From NCBI GenBank assembly GCA_040954595.2, contig CM082580.2, positions 796,783-860,782 on the forward strand: a stretch of 64,000 bases of DNA, given 5' to 3'. The first letter of the stretch is position 1, and each line of letters opens with the position of its first letter. Positions 1-12,900 of this stretch are shown here, piece after piece. The translations under genes were made by a program, and so were the position numbers. The DNA comes from Balanoglossus misakiensis. Its lineage: Eukaryota > Animalia > Hemichordata. The notes below the pieces were generated by a model, which had not been told where the DNA came from, ran no database searches, and saw only the letters and a program-made list of their open reading frames with translations.

Positions 1-77
1 TGTGTCAAATCCAATATTTGGTTCGATGAATGAACCATGAAAGTTTCCGAATTGGTACTACCCGAAAACTGCATGGC

Positions 78-710
78 AAGCTAAATTTGGAATTTGGATG
101 GGGTGGGGAGGTAAAGCTAACCTAACGTACAGTCGTTTAGATTTAACATTATGCCTGTGAGTTACATGTTAATATTTTCTGCATGTCTGTCGCGTACAAT
201 GCGTCGGTGCGGAAAAATGATCACAGGTACTATTCAGAAGAATTCCGCTGAATCATGGTGACGATGTGCATGGAAAAATCCTGATTATGATCTAACTGAT
301 AAACAATAGCATGATATTAATAAAATATACACATTAACCAATGAATGAACCATCGTGAAGATTGTGCCCCAACACTTATTTAAGCTTTTATCATTATTAT
401 ACCTTTGTCATTACTAAATATATCAACAGCCCTGTACACCAAAGCTATCACCACATTTGTTAACCTTTATTACACCATTCATATGAAACCCTTCACCATC
501 ATCAACCTCTATTATATTCATTGTTTTGGCCCATTATAATCTGTGTACCCTCAATTTTACCACAAACCATCACCACATTAGTTAACTGTTTATTAAACAC
601 TTCCACATGTGTTGCCCATTATTATACCATTGAAATTTATAAATCGATCATCATACCTATCATACAAGCAATTGCTGATTGCTGTTAACCCTTGTGTACC
701 ACAAGCCATT
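78..710. repeat. Diverged direct repeat, copy 1 (G-poor ttattataccc-rich block); partner at ~19246-19960
   Basis: aagctaaatttggaatttggatggggtggggagg, ctgtctgtcgcgtacaatg and atacacattaaccaatgaatgaacc recur in the same order at 19246 onward. Confidence 0.75.
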
Positions 711-1513
711 ATCATGAAATAGGCAACATGAATTTCACATAACACAGTTTGTCAGCTCTGAGAATATTGTTCTCAGGACCATGTCCCACGCTTAATAAAA
801 GTGTTGTGTATGTGGTACAGTTTAGATTCCTTGTCAGATTTCCCATAACACAGTTCGTGAGCCCCGAAAAGTACCATAACACAATTCTCATGAACATTTC
901 CCATGATCAATAAAAGTGTTGTGTGTAGCATAGTCATTTTTCCGTTTGCTGTGACATTTGTCTCCGTGTGAGAGTTTAAGTAAATGTGGAAACACGCAAA
1001 TTAGGCAACATCAATATCCCGTACAGAATTCAGTGTGTTTTGTTCGCATTTTTGGTTGCCATTTTGAAAATGAACAAAGGACTTTCCATTGACCAACACC
1101 CGTATGAATACGTCCAAATTACCCAACTTTAATATTCCTTAAATAATTGGTCAGCTGTGCAAATATTTTTCACCTGACCACTTCCTTTGCTAAGCAAGAG
1201 TGTTTTTTATGTAATAATATTAATATAATATTTATAACGTATGTAGCACATTAAATCTCAATGTGCTTTAAAGTTGTCCCATGGTCATTTGATTTAGGTC
1301 GTTGGACATAAATATTCCATTCAACTCCCTGGGGAGCAAACAACATCTCACCATCTTTAGAAATGTCAAATTACAGTGCTTTTGGCCACGTATTAACCTG
1401 GGGATTTACAGTTAACTTTAAATACACATGCATATGCATTTAATCCCCATGTGACTATAAAACAGTTTGTAAATGTGAATATGTCCACATTACACAACTT
1501 GAATTTTACTTAA

Positions 1514-1844
1514 AGGGACAAAGTGTCTCTCTCGCTGCCCTTTTTACCATTAATTATGTTTGATACAAGACATCGTTTATGTTGGCTGTATAGTGAATCA
1601 ATGTTCGACCAAACACAACTTCCACCCCACTTGTACACACAAGAATGAAAAAACTCGCCAAAATGAATAATCGGTGTTTACCATTTATTCATTTTTGCGA
1701 GATTTTTACTCTCAGATTCTACAAACGGGATGAAAGTTGTTGGTTGAATGTTGATTCACTATATAGCCACATGTAGAATAACATAAATGGGTTCATGTAT
1801 CAAACTTAATTGAACAATGGTGGCGAAAGAGAGACTTTGCCCCT
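1514..1844. mobile_element. Non-autonomous foldback MITE, Kolobok-like (TTAA TSD, AG..CT termini)
   Basis: TTAA at 1510-1513 and 1845-1848; ends agggacaaagt / actttgcccct; interior largely self-complementary; homologous empty sites ccttaa(a)..aattggtcag at ~1139 and ~3142. Confidence 0.8.
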
Positions 1845-1929
1845 TTAAACAATTGGTCAGCTCTGCGAATATAGTTCACCTGACCACTTCCTTTGCTAAG
1901 TAAGAGTGTTGTTTATGTAATGATATCAA

Positions 1930-2256
1930 TATAATATTTATTACTTATATAGCACATTACACAATAAATCTCAATGTGCTGCTTCAAAGTGTTTCCCATG
2001 GTAATTTGACCTAGGTCGGTGGACCTAAAATATTCCATCCCACTCCATGGGGAGCAAACAACAGCTCACATGTGCAGCTTTTATATCAGCACAGCAGACC
2101 TAAACATACTCATTACAATATCGGATCCACCAAATTACCTTTTCTTATGGGCGGGGAGAGGCAAGGAGATGTAAACACCACAACACCACAACCATGCCAG
2201 GGATCAAACCCTTGATTCTTTGATTATGGGTCTGATGCTCTAACGACTGGACTATG
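1930..2256 (-). mobile_element. Degenerate tRNA-derived SINE; tail fragments also at ~1215-1345 and ~3855-3985
   Basis: Minus strand reads tagtccagtcgttagagca (A-box-like) and ggtttgatccc (B-box-like), then tgcctctccccgccc central domain and a tail ending gtgctatataagtaataaatatt. Confidence 0.6.
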
Positions 2257-3218
2257 ACTTTATGTGGCACAATGACCTTTCCATTTAGTGCCTTGTTCAG
2301 CTCTCAGTCAGGGTTTAAGCAAATATGGAAACATGCATATTAGGCTCTTTGAATTTCCAAAAATTCAGTGTGTCAGCTCCCATTTCCCAAGACCAGTTCC
2401 CGTGCTAAATAAAAGTGCTGTGTGTGGCATAATCATTTTTCCGTCTGCTGTGACATTTGTCTCCCTGTGAGAGTTTAAGTAAATGTGGAGACACGCAAAT
2501 TAGGCAATCCCATATATCCCATACATAATTCAGTGTGTTTTGTTCACATTTTTGGTTTTTATTTTGAAAATGAACAAAGGAGTTTCCTATCATTGAGCAA
2601 CTCACTCCATTAACAGTTGCTCGATATGCAGGCTAACTTGCTAGATCACTAAAGACTTAAAGCATGTTGAGGTTGGTGCCCCAAACCCTCTTGAAGACAA
2701 CTGGTTGCTAACGATTGCCAATTAGGCAATTTGGATATTCTACACATAACACAGTTTGTCAACTTTGAGAATACTGTTCTCAATACTATTTCCCATGCTT
2801 AATAGAAGTGTTGAGTAACAGTATGTGGTAGAATGGCATTCCTATACGTTGCCTTCTTTTGCTCATTATCACGGTTTCAGTAAATTTAGAGACACGCAAG
2901 TTTAGCAGCTTGAATTTTTCATAACACAGTTTTGAGCTCCGAGAACACAGTTCTCATGAACATTTCCCATGCTCCATAAAAGTGTTGTGTATGTCTTACA
3001 ATGATCTTTCCATACGCTGCCTTGTATAGCTGCTGTTAATAATTCAAGTTAATGTGGAGACGTATTAGGCAACATCAACGTCCCATACATAACACAGTTT
3101 GTAGGTATGAATACATCCAAAATACCCAACTTTAATTTTCCTTAAAGAATTGGTCAGCTCTGCAAATATATTTCACCTGACCACTTCCTTAGCTAAGTAA
3201 GAGTGTTGTTTATGTAAT

Positions 3219-3852
3219 ATTATCATACATGCAACGCCTGTATTTAACACTTTCTATTGTTCTCGCCCCGAAGATATTTTACGGTATTTCACAATGTGAA
3301 AATATCGCGTCCACGTCTCGGCGTGACAGTTCACTGCGCGCGCGAGCGACACACGGGGCATAGTGGAGAGGGGTGTTGTAAAATTCGGTTATTAGAAGCT
3401 GTAATAAAGTTTTCAAAGCTGGCGGTTTTGTCATGTTGAATGCATCATTTTTAGTTCTTCGAAATTCTCAATGCAAAATAATTGTTAACATGATATTTTG
3501 AAAGAGAACGTAGACAATTTTATTTAGAATGTGGATGTGCCCATCGTAATGAAAGCTGCCAACCCCCTTAAAATGATACTACGGCCCACACGTCATACGT
3601 CACAACATGGCTACTGCCGTGATCCCAGCGCCCGGTTCAAATTTGAAATTATTTTTCTCGGCGCATTTCTGCAAATCGTACTGTTTTATAGGTAGGCATG
3701 TATGATAAAGAGGTTATTACACGAATTTTGGTCGATAACGCGACGCATTCTCGTGATGTCTGTATTTTGACTCGTTGCGAAGCGCAACTCATCAAAATAC
3801 GGACATCACTCGAATACGACGCGTTATCGACCAAAATTCGTGTAATAACCCC
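3219..3852. mobile_element. Non-autonomous element with asymmetric IR plus ~140-bp terminal hairpin (Crypton- or Helentron-like; class uncertain)
   Basis: Interrupts sequence that is contiguous at ~1200-1240; ttatcatacatgc at the start is inverted at ~3696-3708; palindrome 3712-3850. Confidence 0.6.
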
Positions 3853-3986
3853 TAAATATTAATATAATATTTATAACTTATGTAGCACATTAAATCTCAA
3901 CATGCTTTAAAGTTGTCCCATGGTAATTTGACCTAGGTCGTTGGACCTTACTATTCCATTCAACTCCCTGGGGAGCAAACAACATC

Positions 3987-6900
3987 TCACCATCATTAGA
4001 AATGTCAAATTACAGTGCTTTTGGCCACGTATTAACCTGGGGATTTACAATCAACTTTAAATCCACATATGCACCATATTCCAATGTCAATGTGAAGGGC
4101 TTGAAATACCATCTACCCTGATGCATCATCAAGTTTGTTTCGACAACTTTAAATCCCCTTCAGCAAGCATTTTATACCCATGTCAAAGTGCAGAGCTTGC
4201 ATCACCATCTATCCTGATGCATCATCAAGCTGCTTCGCCATTTGCCCTGATGCAAAGAATCAGATATAGTGTCACCATTGCATTAGCAATGTCAAATTAC
4301 AGTGCTTTTGGCCAGGTATTAACCTGGGGATTTACAATCAACTTTAAATCCCCATATGCACTATATTCCAATGTCAATGTGAAGGGCTTGAAATACCATC
4401 TACCCTGATGCATCATCAAGTTTGTTTCGACAACTTTAAATCCCCCTCAGCAAGCATTTTATACCCATGTCAAAGTGCAGAGCTTGCATCACCATCTATC
4501 CTGATGCATCATCAAGCTGCTTCGCCATTTGCCCTGATGCAAAGAATCAGATATAGTGTCACCATTGCATTAGCAATGTCAAATTACACTGCTTTTGGCC
4601 ATGTATTAACATCGGGATTTATAATCAACTTGAAATCCCCATATGCTTTTTATACCCATGTCAAAGCGAAGTGTTTGCATCACTATCTACAGTAATGCAT
4701 CGTCAAGCATGCTTCGCCATTTGCCGTAATGCAAAGAATCAGATTCAATGTCACCATTGCATTCGCAATGTCAAATTACTGTGCTTTTGGCCACATATTA
4801 ACCTGGCGATTTACAGTCAACTTTAAACATCAGTGCATATGCATTAAATACACATGTCAAAGTGCAGTGTCTCCATCACCATTGATCCTGATGCATCATC
4901 AAGCATGCTTCGTTATATGCCCTGGTGCAAAGAATCAGATTTAGTATCACAGTAGCATTAGCCATGTCAAATTACAGTGCTTTTGGCTATGTATTAACCT
5001 AGGGATTTACACTCAACTTTAAATCCCCATATGCATTATATGCCAATGTCAATGTGAAGGGCTTGAAATACCATCTACCCTGATGCATCATCAAGTTTGT
5101 TTCGCCATTAACCCTGATGCAAATAATCAGTGTCACCATAGCATTAGCAATGTCAATTTACTGAGCGTTTGGCCATGTATTAACTTGGGGGTTTACAATC
5201 AACTTTAAATCCCCATATGCATTATATTGCAATGTTAACTTGAACGGCTTGAAACACCATCTATACTGATGCATCATCAAGCTTTCTTTACAATTTACCC
5301 TGATGCAAAGAATCAGATTTAGTGTCGCCATAGCATTAGCAATGGCAAATAAAAGTGTTTTCGGCCACATATTAACCCAGGGATTTATAATCAACTTGAA
5401 ATCCCCATATGAATTTTATACCCATGTCAAAGCGAAGTGCTTGCATCAATATCTACCGTGATGCATCATCAAGCTTGCTTCGCCATTTGCCCTAATGCAA
5501 AGAATCAGATTCAATGTCACTGTAGCATTAGCAATGTCAAATTACAGTTCGTTTGGCCGTATACTAACCTGGGGATTTACAATCAACTTTAAATCCCCAT
5601 ATGCATTATATTCTAATGTCAATGTGAAGGGCTTGAAACACCATCTATCCTGATGCATCATCAAGCTTGCTTCACCATTTTCCCTGATGCAAAGAATCAG
5701 ATTTAGTGTCACGGTAGCATTAGCAAATCCCCATATGCATTTAACACCCACGTCAAAGTGAAGTGTTTGCATCCCTATCTACCGTGATGCATCATCAAGC
5801 TTGCATCGCCATTTACCCTGATGCAAAGAATCAGATTCAATATCATCGTTGCATTAGCAATGTCAAATTACAGTGCTTATGGCCACGTATTAACCTGGGA
5901 ATTTACAGACAACTTTAAATACCCATGCATATGCATTAAATACCTATGTCAAAGTGCAGAGCTTGCATCACCATCTATCCTGATGCATCATCAAGCTGCT
6001 TCGCCATTTGCCCTGATGCAAAGAATCACATTCAATGTCACCATTGCATTAGCAATTTTAAATTACAGTGTTTTTGGCCATGTATTAACCTAGGGATTTG
6101 CAATTAACTTTAAATCCCCATATGCGTTATATTCCAATGTCAAGTGAAGGGCTTGAAACACCATCTATCCTGATGCATCATCAAGCTTGCTTCACAATTT
6201 ACCCTGATGCAAAAAAATCACATTCAGCGTCACCATTTCATTAGCAATGTCAAATTACAGTGATTATGGCCACGTATTAACCTGGGGATTTACAATCAAC
6301 TTTAAATCCCCATATGCGTTATATTCCAATGTCAATGTGAAGGGCTTGAAATACCATCTACCCTGATCCATCATCAAGCTGCTTCCCCATTTGCCCTGAT
6401 GCAAAGAATCAGATATAATGTCAACATGGCATTAGCAATGTCAAATTACAGTGCTTTTGGACACGTATTAACACAGGGATTTATAATCTACTTGAAATCC
6501 CTATATGCTTTTTATACCCATGTCTAAGCGAAGTGTTTGCATCACTATCTACTGTGATGCATCATCAAGCATGCTTCGCCATTTACGCTGATGCAAAGAA
6601 TCAGATTCAATGTCACCATTGCATTAGCAATGTCAAATTACAGTGCTTTTGGCCATGTATAAACATCGGGATTTATTATCAACTTGAAATCCCCATATGC
6701 TTTTTATACCCATGTCAAAGCGAAGTGTTTGCATCACTATCTACAGTAATGCATCGTCAAGCATGCTTCGCCATTTGCCCTAATGCAAAGAATCACATTA
6801 AATGTCACTGTTGCATTCGCAATGTCAAATTACTGTGCTTTTGGCCACGTATTAACCTGGCGATTTACAGTCAACTTTAAATCCCCATATGCATTATATT

Positions 6901-9900
6901 CCAATGTCAATGTGAAGGGCTTGAAAAACCATCTACCCTGATGCATCATCAAGTTTGTTTCGCCATTAACCCTGATGCAAATAATCAGTGTCACCATAGC
7001 ATTAGCAATGGCAAATAAAAGTGCTTTCGGCCACATATTAACCCAGGGATTTATAATCAACTTGAAATCCCCATATGAATTTTATACCTATGTCAAAGCG
7101 AAGTGCTTGCATCAATATCTACCGTGATGCATCATCAAGCTTGCTTCGCCATTTGCCCTAATGCAAAGAATCAGATTCAATGTCACTGTAGCATTAGCAA
7201 TGTCAAATTACAGTTCGTTTGGCCGTTTACTAACCTGGGGATTTACAATCAACTTTAAATCCCCATATGCATTATATTCTAATGTCAATGTGAAGGGCTT
7301 GAAACACCATCTATCCTGATGCATCATCAAGCTTGCTTCATCATTTTCCCTGATGCAAAGAATCAGATTTAGTATCACGGTAGCATTAGCAATGTCAAAT
7401 TACAGTGCCTATGGCCACGTATTAACCTCGGGATGTACGGACAACTTTAAATACCCTTGCATATACATTTAATACCTATGTCAAAATGCAGAGCTTGCAT
7501 CACCATCTACTCTGATGCACCATTAGGCTTGCTACGCCATTTCCCCTAATGCAAAGAATCACATTCAATGTCACCATTGCTTTTGGCCATGTATTAACCT
7601 GGGGATTTATAATCAACTTTAAATCCCCGTATGCGTTATATTCCAATGTCAATGTGAAGGGCTTGAAACCTGGGGATTTACAGTCAACTTTTAATCCCCC
7701 TGTATACATTTTAAACCCCGGTGTCAAAGTTTAGTGATTGCATCATCATTGACCCTGGTGCATCATCAAGCATTCTTCAGAATTTGCCCTGATGCAAAGA
7801 ATCAGATTCAATATCACCCTTGCATTAGCAATTTTAAATTACAGTGCTTTTGGACATGTATTAACCTGGGGATTTACAGTCAACATTAAATACCCATGCA
7901 TAGGCATTAAATACCTATGTCACAATGCATAGCTTGCATCACCATCTACTCTGATGCACCATTATGCTCGCTACGCCATTTCCCCTAATGCAAAGAATGA
8001 CATTCAATGTCACCATTGCATTTGCAATTGTAAATTACAGTGCTTTTGGCCATGTATTAACCTAGGGATTTTCAATCAACTTTAAATCCCCATATGCGTT
8101 ATATTCCATTGTCAATGTGAAGGGCTTGAAACACCATCTGTCCTGATGCATCATCAAGCTTGCTTCACAATTTACCCCGATGGAAAGAATCAGATTTAAT
8201 GTCACGGTAGCATTAGCAATGTCAAACTACAGTGCTTATGGCCACGTATCAACCTGGGGATTTACAATCAACTTTAAATCCCCATATGCGTTATATTCCA
8301 ATGTCAATGTGAAGGGCTTGAAATACCATCTACCCTGATGCATCATCAAGTTTGTTTTGACAACTTTAAATCCCCCTCAGCATGCATTTAATCCCCATGT
8401 CAAAGTGCAGAGCTTGCATCACCATCTATCCTGATGCATCATCAAGCTGCTTCGCCATTTGCCCTGATGCAAAGAATCAGATATAGTGTCACCATTGCAT
8501 AAGCAATGTCAAATTACAGTGCTTTTGGACACGTATTAACACAGGGATTTATAATCTATTTGAAATCCCTATATGCTTTTTATACCCATGTCTAAGCGAA
8601 GTGTTTGCATCACTATCTACTGTGATGCATCGTCAAGCATGCTTCGCCATTTGCCTTAATGCAAAGAATCAGATTAAATGTCACTGTTGCATTCGCAATG
8701 TCAAATTACTGTGCTTTTGGCCACGTATTAACCTGGCGATTTACAGTCAACTTTAAACATCTGTGCATATGCATTAAATACGCATGTCAAAGTGCAGTGT
8801 CTCCATCACCATTGATCCTGATGCATCACCAAGCATGCTTCGCTATATGCCCTGATGCAAAGAATCAGATTTAGTATCACAGTAGCATTAGCCATGTCAA
8901 ATTACAGTGCTTTTGGCTATGTATTAACCTGGGGATTTACAATCAACTTTAAATCCCCATATGCATTATATTCCAATGTCAATGTGAAGGGCTTGAAATA
9001 CCATCTACCCTGATGCATCATCAAGTTTGTTTCGCCATTAACCCTGATGCAAATAATCAGTGTCACCATAGCATCAGCTATGTCAAATTACTGAGCATTT
9101 GGCCATGTATTAACTTGCGGGTTTACAATCAACTTCAAATCCCCATATGCATTATATTGCAATGTTAACTTGAACGGCTTGAAACACCATCTATACTGAT
9201 GCATCATCAAGCTTTCTTCACAATTTACCCTGATGCAAAGAATCAGATTTAGTGTCGCCATAGCATTAGCAATGGCAAATAAAAGTGTTTTCGGCCACAT
9301 ATTAACCCAGGGATTTATAATCAACTTGAAATCCCTATATGAATTTTATACCTATGTCAAAGCGAAGTGCTTGCATCAATATCTACCGTGATGCATCATC
9401 AAGCTTGCTTCGCCATTTGCCCTAATGCAAAGAATCAGATTCAATGTCACTGTTGCATTAGCAATGTCAAATTATAGTGCGTTTGGCCGTATACTAACCT
9501 GGGGATTTACAATCAACTTTAAATCCCCATATGCATTATATTCTAATATCAATGTGAAGGGCTTGAAACACCATCTATCATGATGCATCATCAAGCTTGC
9601 TTCACCATTTTCCCTGATGCAAAAAATCAGATTTAGTGTCATGGTAGCATTAGCAAATCCCCATATGCATTTGATACCCATGTCAAAGTGAAGTGTTTGC
9701 ATCACTATCTACCGTGATGCATCATCAAGCTTGCATCGCCATTCACCCTTATGCAAAGAATCAGATTCAATGTCACCGTTGCATTAGCAATGTCAAATTA
9801 CAGTGCTTATGGCCACGCATTAACCTGAAGATTTACAGTCAACATTAAATACCCATGCATATCCATTAAATACCTATGTCAAAGTGCAGAGCTTGCATCA

Positions 9901-12900
9901 CCATTTACTCTGATGCACCATTAGGCTTGCTACGCCATTTCCCCTAATGCAAAGAATCACATTCAATGTCACCATTGCATTAGCAATTTTAAATTACAGT
10001 GTTTTTGGCCATGTATTAACCTATGGATTTGCAATTAACTTTAAATCCCCATATGCGTTATATTCCAATGTCAAGTGAAGGGCTTGAAACACCATCTATC
10101 CTGATGCATCATCAAGCTTGCTTCACAATTTACCCTGATGCAAAAAATCACATTCAGCGTCACCATTTCATTAGCAATGTCAAATTACAGTGCTTATTGC
10201 CACGTATTAACCTGGGAATTTACAGACAACTTTAAATACCCATGCATATACATTAAATACCTATGTCAAAGTGCAGAGCTTGCATCACCATTTACTCTGA
10301 TGCACCATTAGGCTTGCTACGCCATTTCCCCTAATGCAAAGAATCACATTCAATGTCACCATTGCATTAGCAATTTTAAATTACAGTGTTTTTGGCCATG
10401 TATTAACCTATGGATTTGCAATTAACTTTAAATCCCCATATGCGTTATATTCCAATGTCAAGTGAAGGGCTTGAAACACCATCTATCCTGATGCATCATC
10501 AAGCTTGCTTCACAATTTACCCTGATGCAAAAAATCACATTCAGCGTCACCATTTCATTAGCAATGTCAAATTACAGTGCTTATTGCCACGTATTAACCT
10601 GGGAATTTACAGACAACTTCAAATACCCATGCATATACATTAAATACCTATGTCAAAGTGCAGAGCTTGCATCACCATCTACTCTGATGCATCATTAGGT
10701 TTGCATCGCCATTCCCCCTAATGCAAAGAATCAGATTCAATGTCACCCTTGCATTAGCAATTTTAAATTACAGTGCTTTTGGACATGTATTAACCTAGGG
10801 ATTTTCAATCAACTTTAAATCCCCATATGCGTTATATTCCATTGTCAATGTGAAGGGCTTGAAACACCATCTGTCCTGATGCATCATCAAGCTTGCTTCA
10901 CAATTTACCCCGATGGAAAGAATCAGATTTAATGTCACGGTAGCATTAGCAATGTCAAACTACAGTGCTTATGGCCACGTATCAACCTGGGGATTTACAA
11001 TCAACTTTAAATCCCCATATGCGTTATATTCCAATGTCAATGTGAAGGGCTTGAAATACCATCTACCCTGATCCATCATCAAGCTGCTTCCCCATTTGCC
11101 CTGATGCAAAGAATCAGATATAGTGTCAACATTGCATTAGCAATGTCAAATTACAGTGCTTTTGGACACGTATTAACACAGGGATTTATAATCTACTTGA
11201 AATCCCTATATGCTTTTTATACCCATGTCTAAGCGAAGTGTTTGCATCACTATCTACTGTGATGCATCATCAAGCATGCTTCGCCATTTACGCTGATGCA
11301 AAGAATCAGATTCAATGTCACCATTGCATTAGCAATGTCAAATTACTGTGCTTTTGGCCATGTATAAACATCGGGATTTATAATCAACTTGAAATCCCCA
11401 TATGCTTTTTATACCCATGTCAAAGCGAAGTGTTCGCATCACTATCTACAGTAATGCATCGTCAAGCATGCTTCGCCATTTGCCCTAATGCAAAGAATCA
11501 CATTAAATGTCACTGTTGCATTCGCAATGTCAAATTACTGTGCTTTTGGCCACGTATTAACCTGGCGATTTACAGTCAACTTTAAATCCCCATATGCATT
11601 ATATTCCAATGTCAATGTGAAGGGCTTGAAAAACCATCTACCCTGATGCATCATCAAGTTTGTTTCGCCATTAACCCTGATGCAAATAATCAGTGTCACC
11701 ATAGCATTAGCAATGGCAAATAAAAGTGCTTTCGGCCACATATTAACCCAGGGATTTATAATCAACTTGAAATCCCCATATGAATTTTATACCTATGTCA
11801 AAGCGAAGTGCTTGCATCAATATCTACCGTGATGCATCATCAAGCTTGCTTCGCCATTTGCCCTAATGCAAAGAATCAGATTCAATGTCACCCTTGCATT
11901 AGCAATGTCAAATTACAGTTCGTTTGGCCGTATACTAACCTGGGGATTTACAATCAACTTTAAATCCCCATATGCATTATATTCTAATGTCAATGTGAAG
12001 GGCTTGAAACACCATCTATCCTGATGCATCATCAAGCTTGCTTCACCATTTTCCCTGATGCAAAGAATCAGATTTAGTATCACGGTAGCATTAGCAATGT
12101 CAAATTACAGTGCCTATGGCCACGTATTAACCTCGGGATGTACGGACAACTTTAAATACCCTTGCATATACATTTAATACCTATGTCAAAATGCAGAGCT
12201 TGCATCACCATATACTCCAATGCATTATTAAGCTTGCTTCGCCATTTTCCCTGATGCAAAGAATCAGATTAAATGTCACCGTTGTATTAGCAATGTCAAA
12301 TTAAAGTGCTTTTGGACTTGTATTAACCCAGGGATTTACAGTCAACTTTTAATCCCCCTGTATACATTTTAAACCCCGGTGTCAAAGTTTAGTGATTGCA
12401 TCACCATTGACCCTGGTGCATCATCAAGCATTCTTCAGAATTTGCCCTGATGCAAAGAATCAGATTCAATGTCACCCTTGCATTAGCAATTTTAAATTAC
12501 AGTGCTTTTGGACATGTATTAACCTAGGGATTTACAGTCAACATTAAATACCCATGCACATGCATTAAATACCTATGTCAAAATGCATAGCTTGCATCAC
12601 CATCTACTCCAATGCATCATTAAGCTTGCTTAGCCATTTCCCCTAATGCAAAGAATTACATTCAATGTCACCATTTCATTAGCAATGTCAAATTACAGTG
12701 CTTTTGGATGCGTATTAACCCAAGGATTTGTAATCAACTTGAAATCCCCATATGCATTTAATACCCATGTCAAAGTGAAGTGTTTGCATCACTATCTACT
12801 GAGATGCATCATCAAGCTTGCATCGCCATTTACCCTGATGCAAAGACTCAGATTCAATATCATCGTTGCATTAGCAATGTCAAATTACAGTGCTTATGGC

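Noticed and set aside
2190-2256. tRNA gene
   Set aside because: Degenerate A/B boxes, no convincing cloverleaf, and continuous with a SINE body
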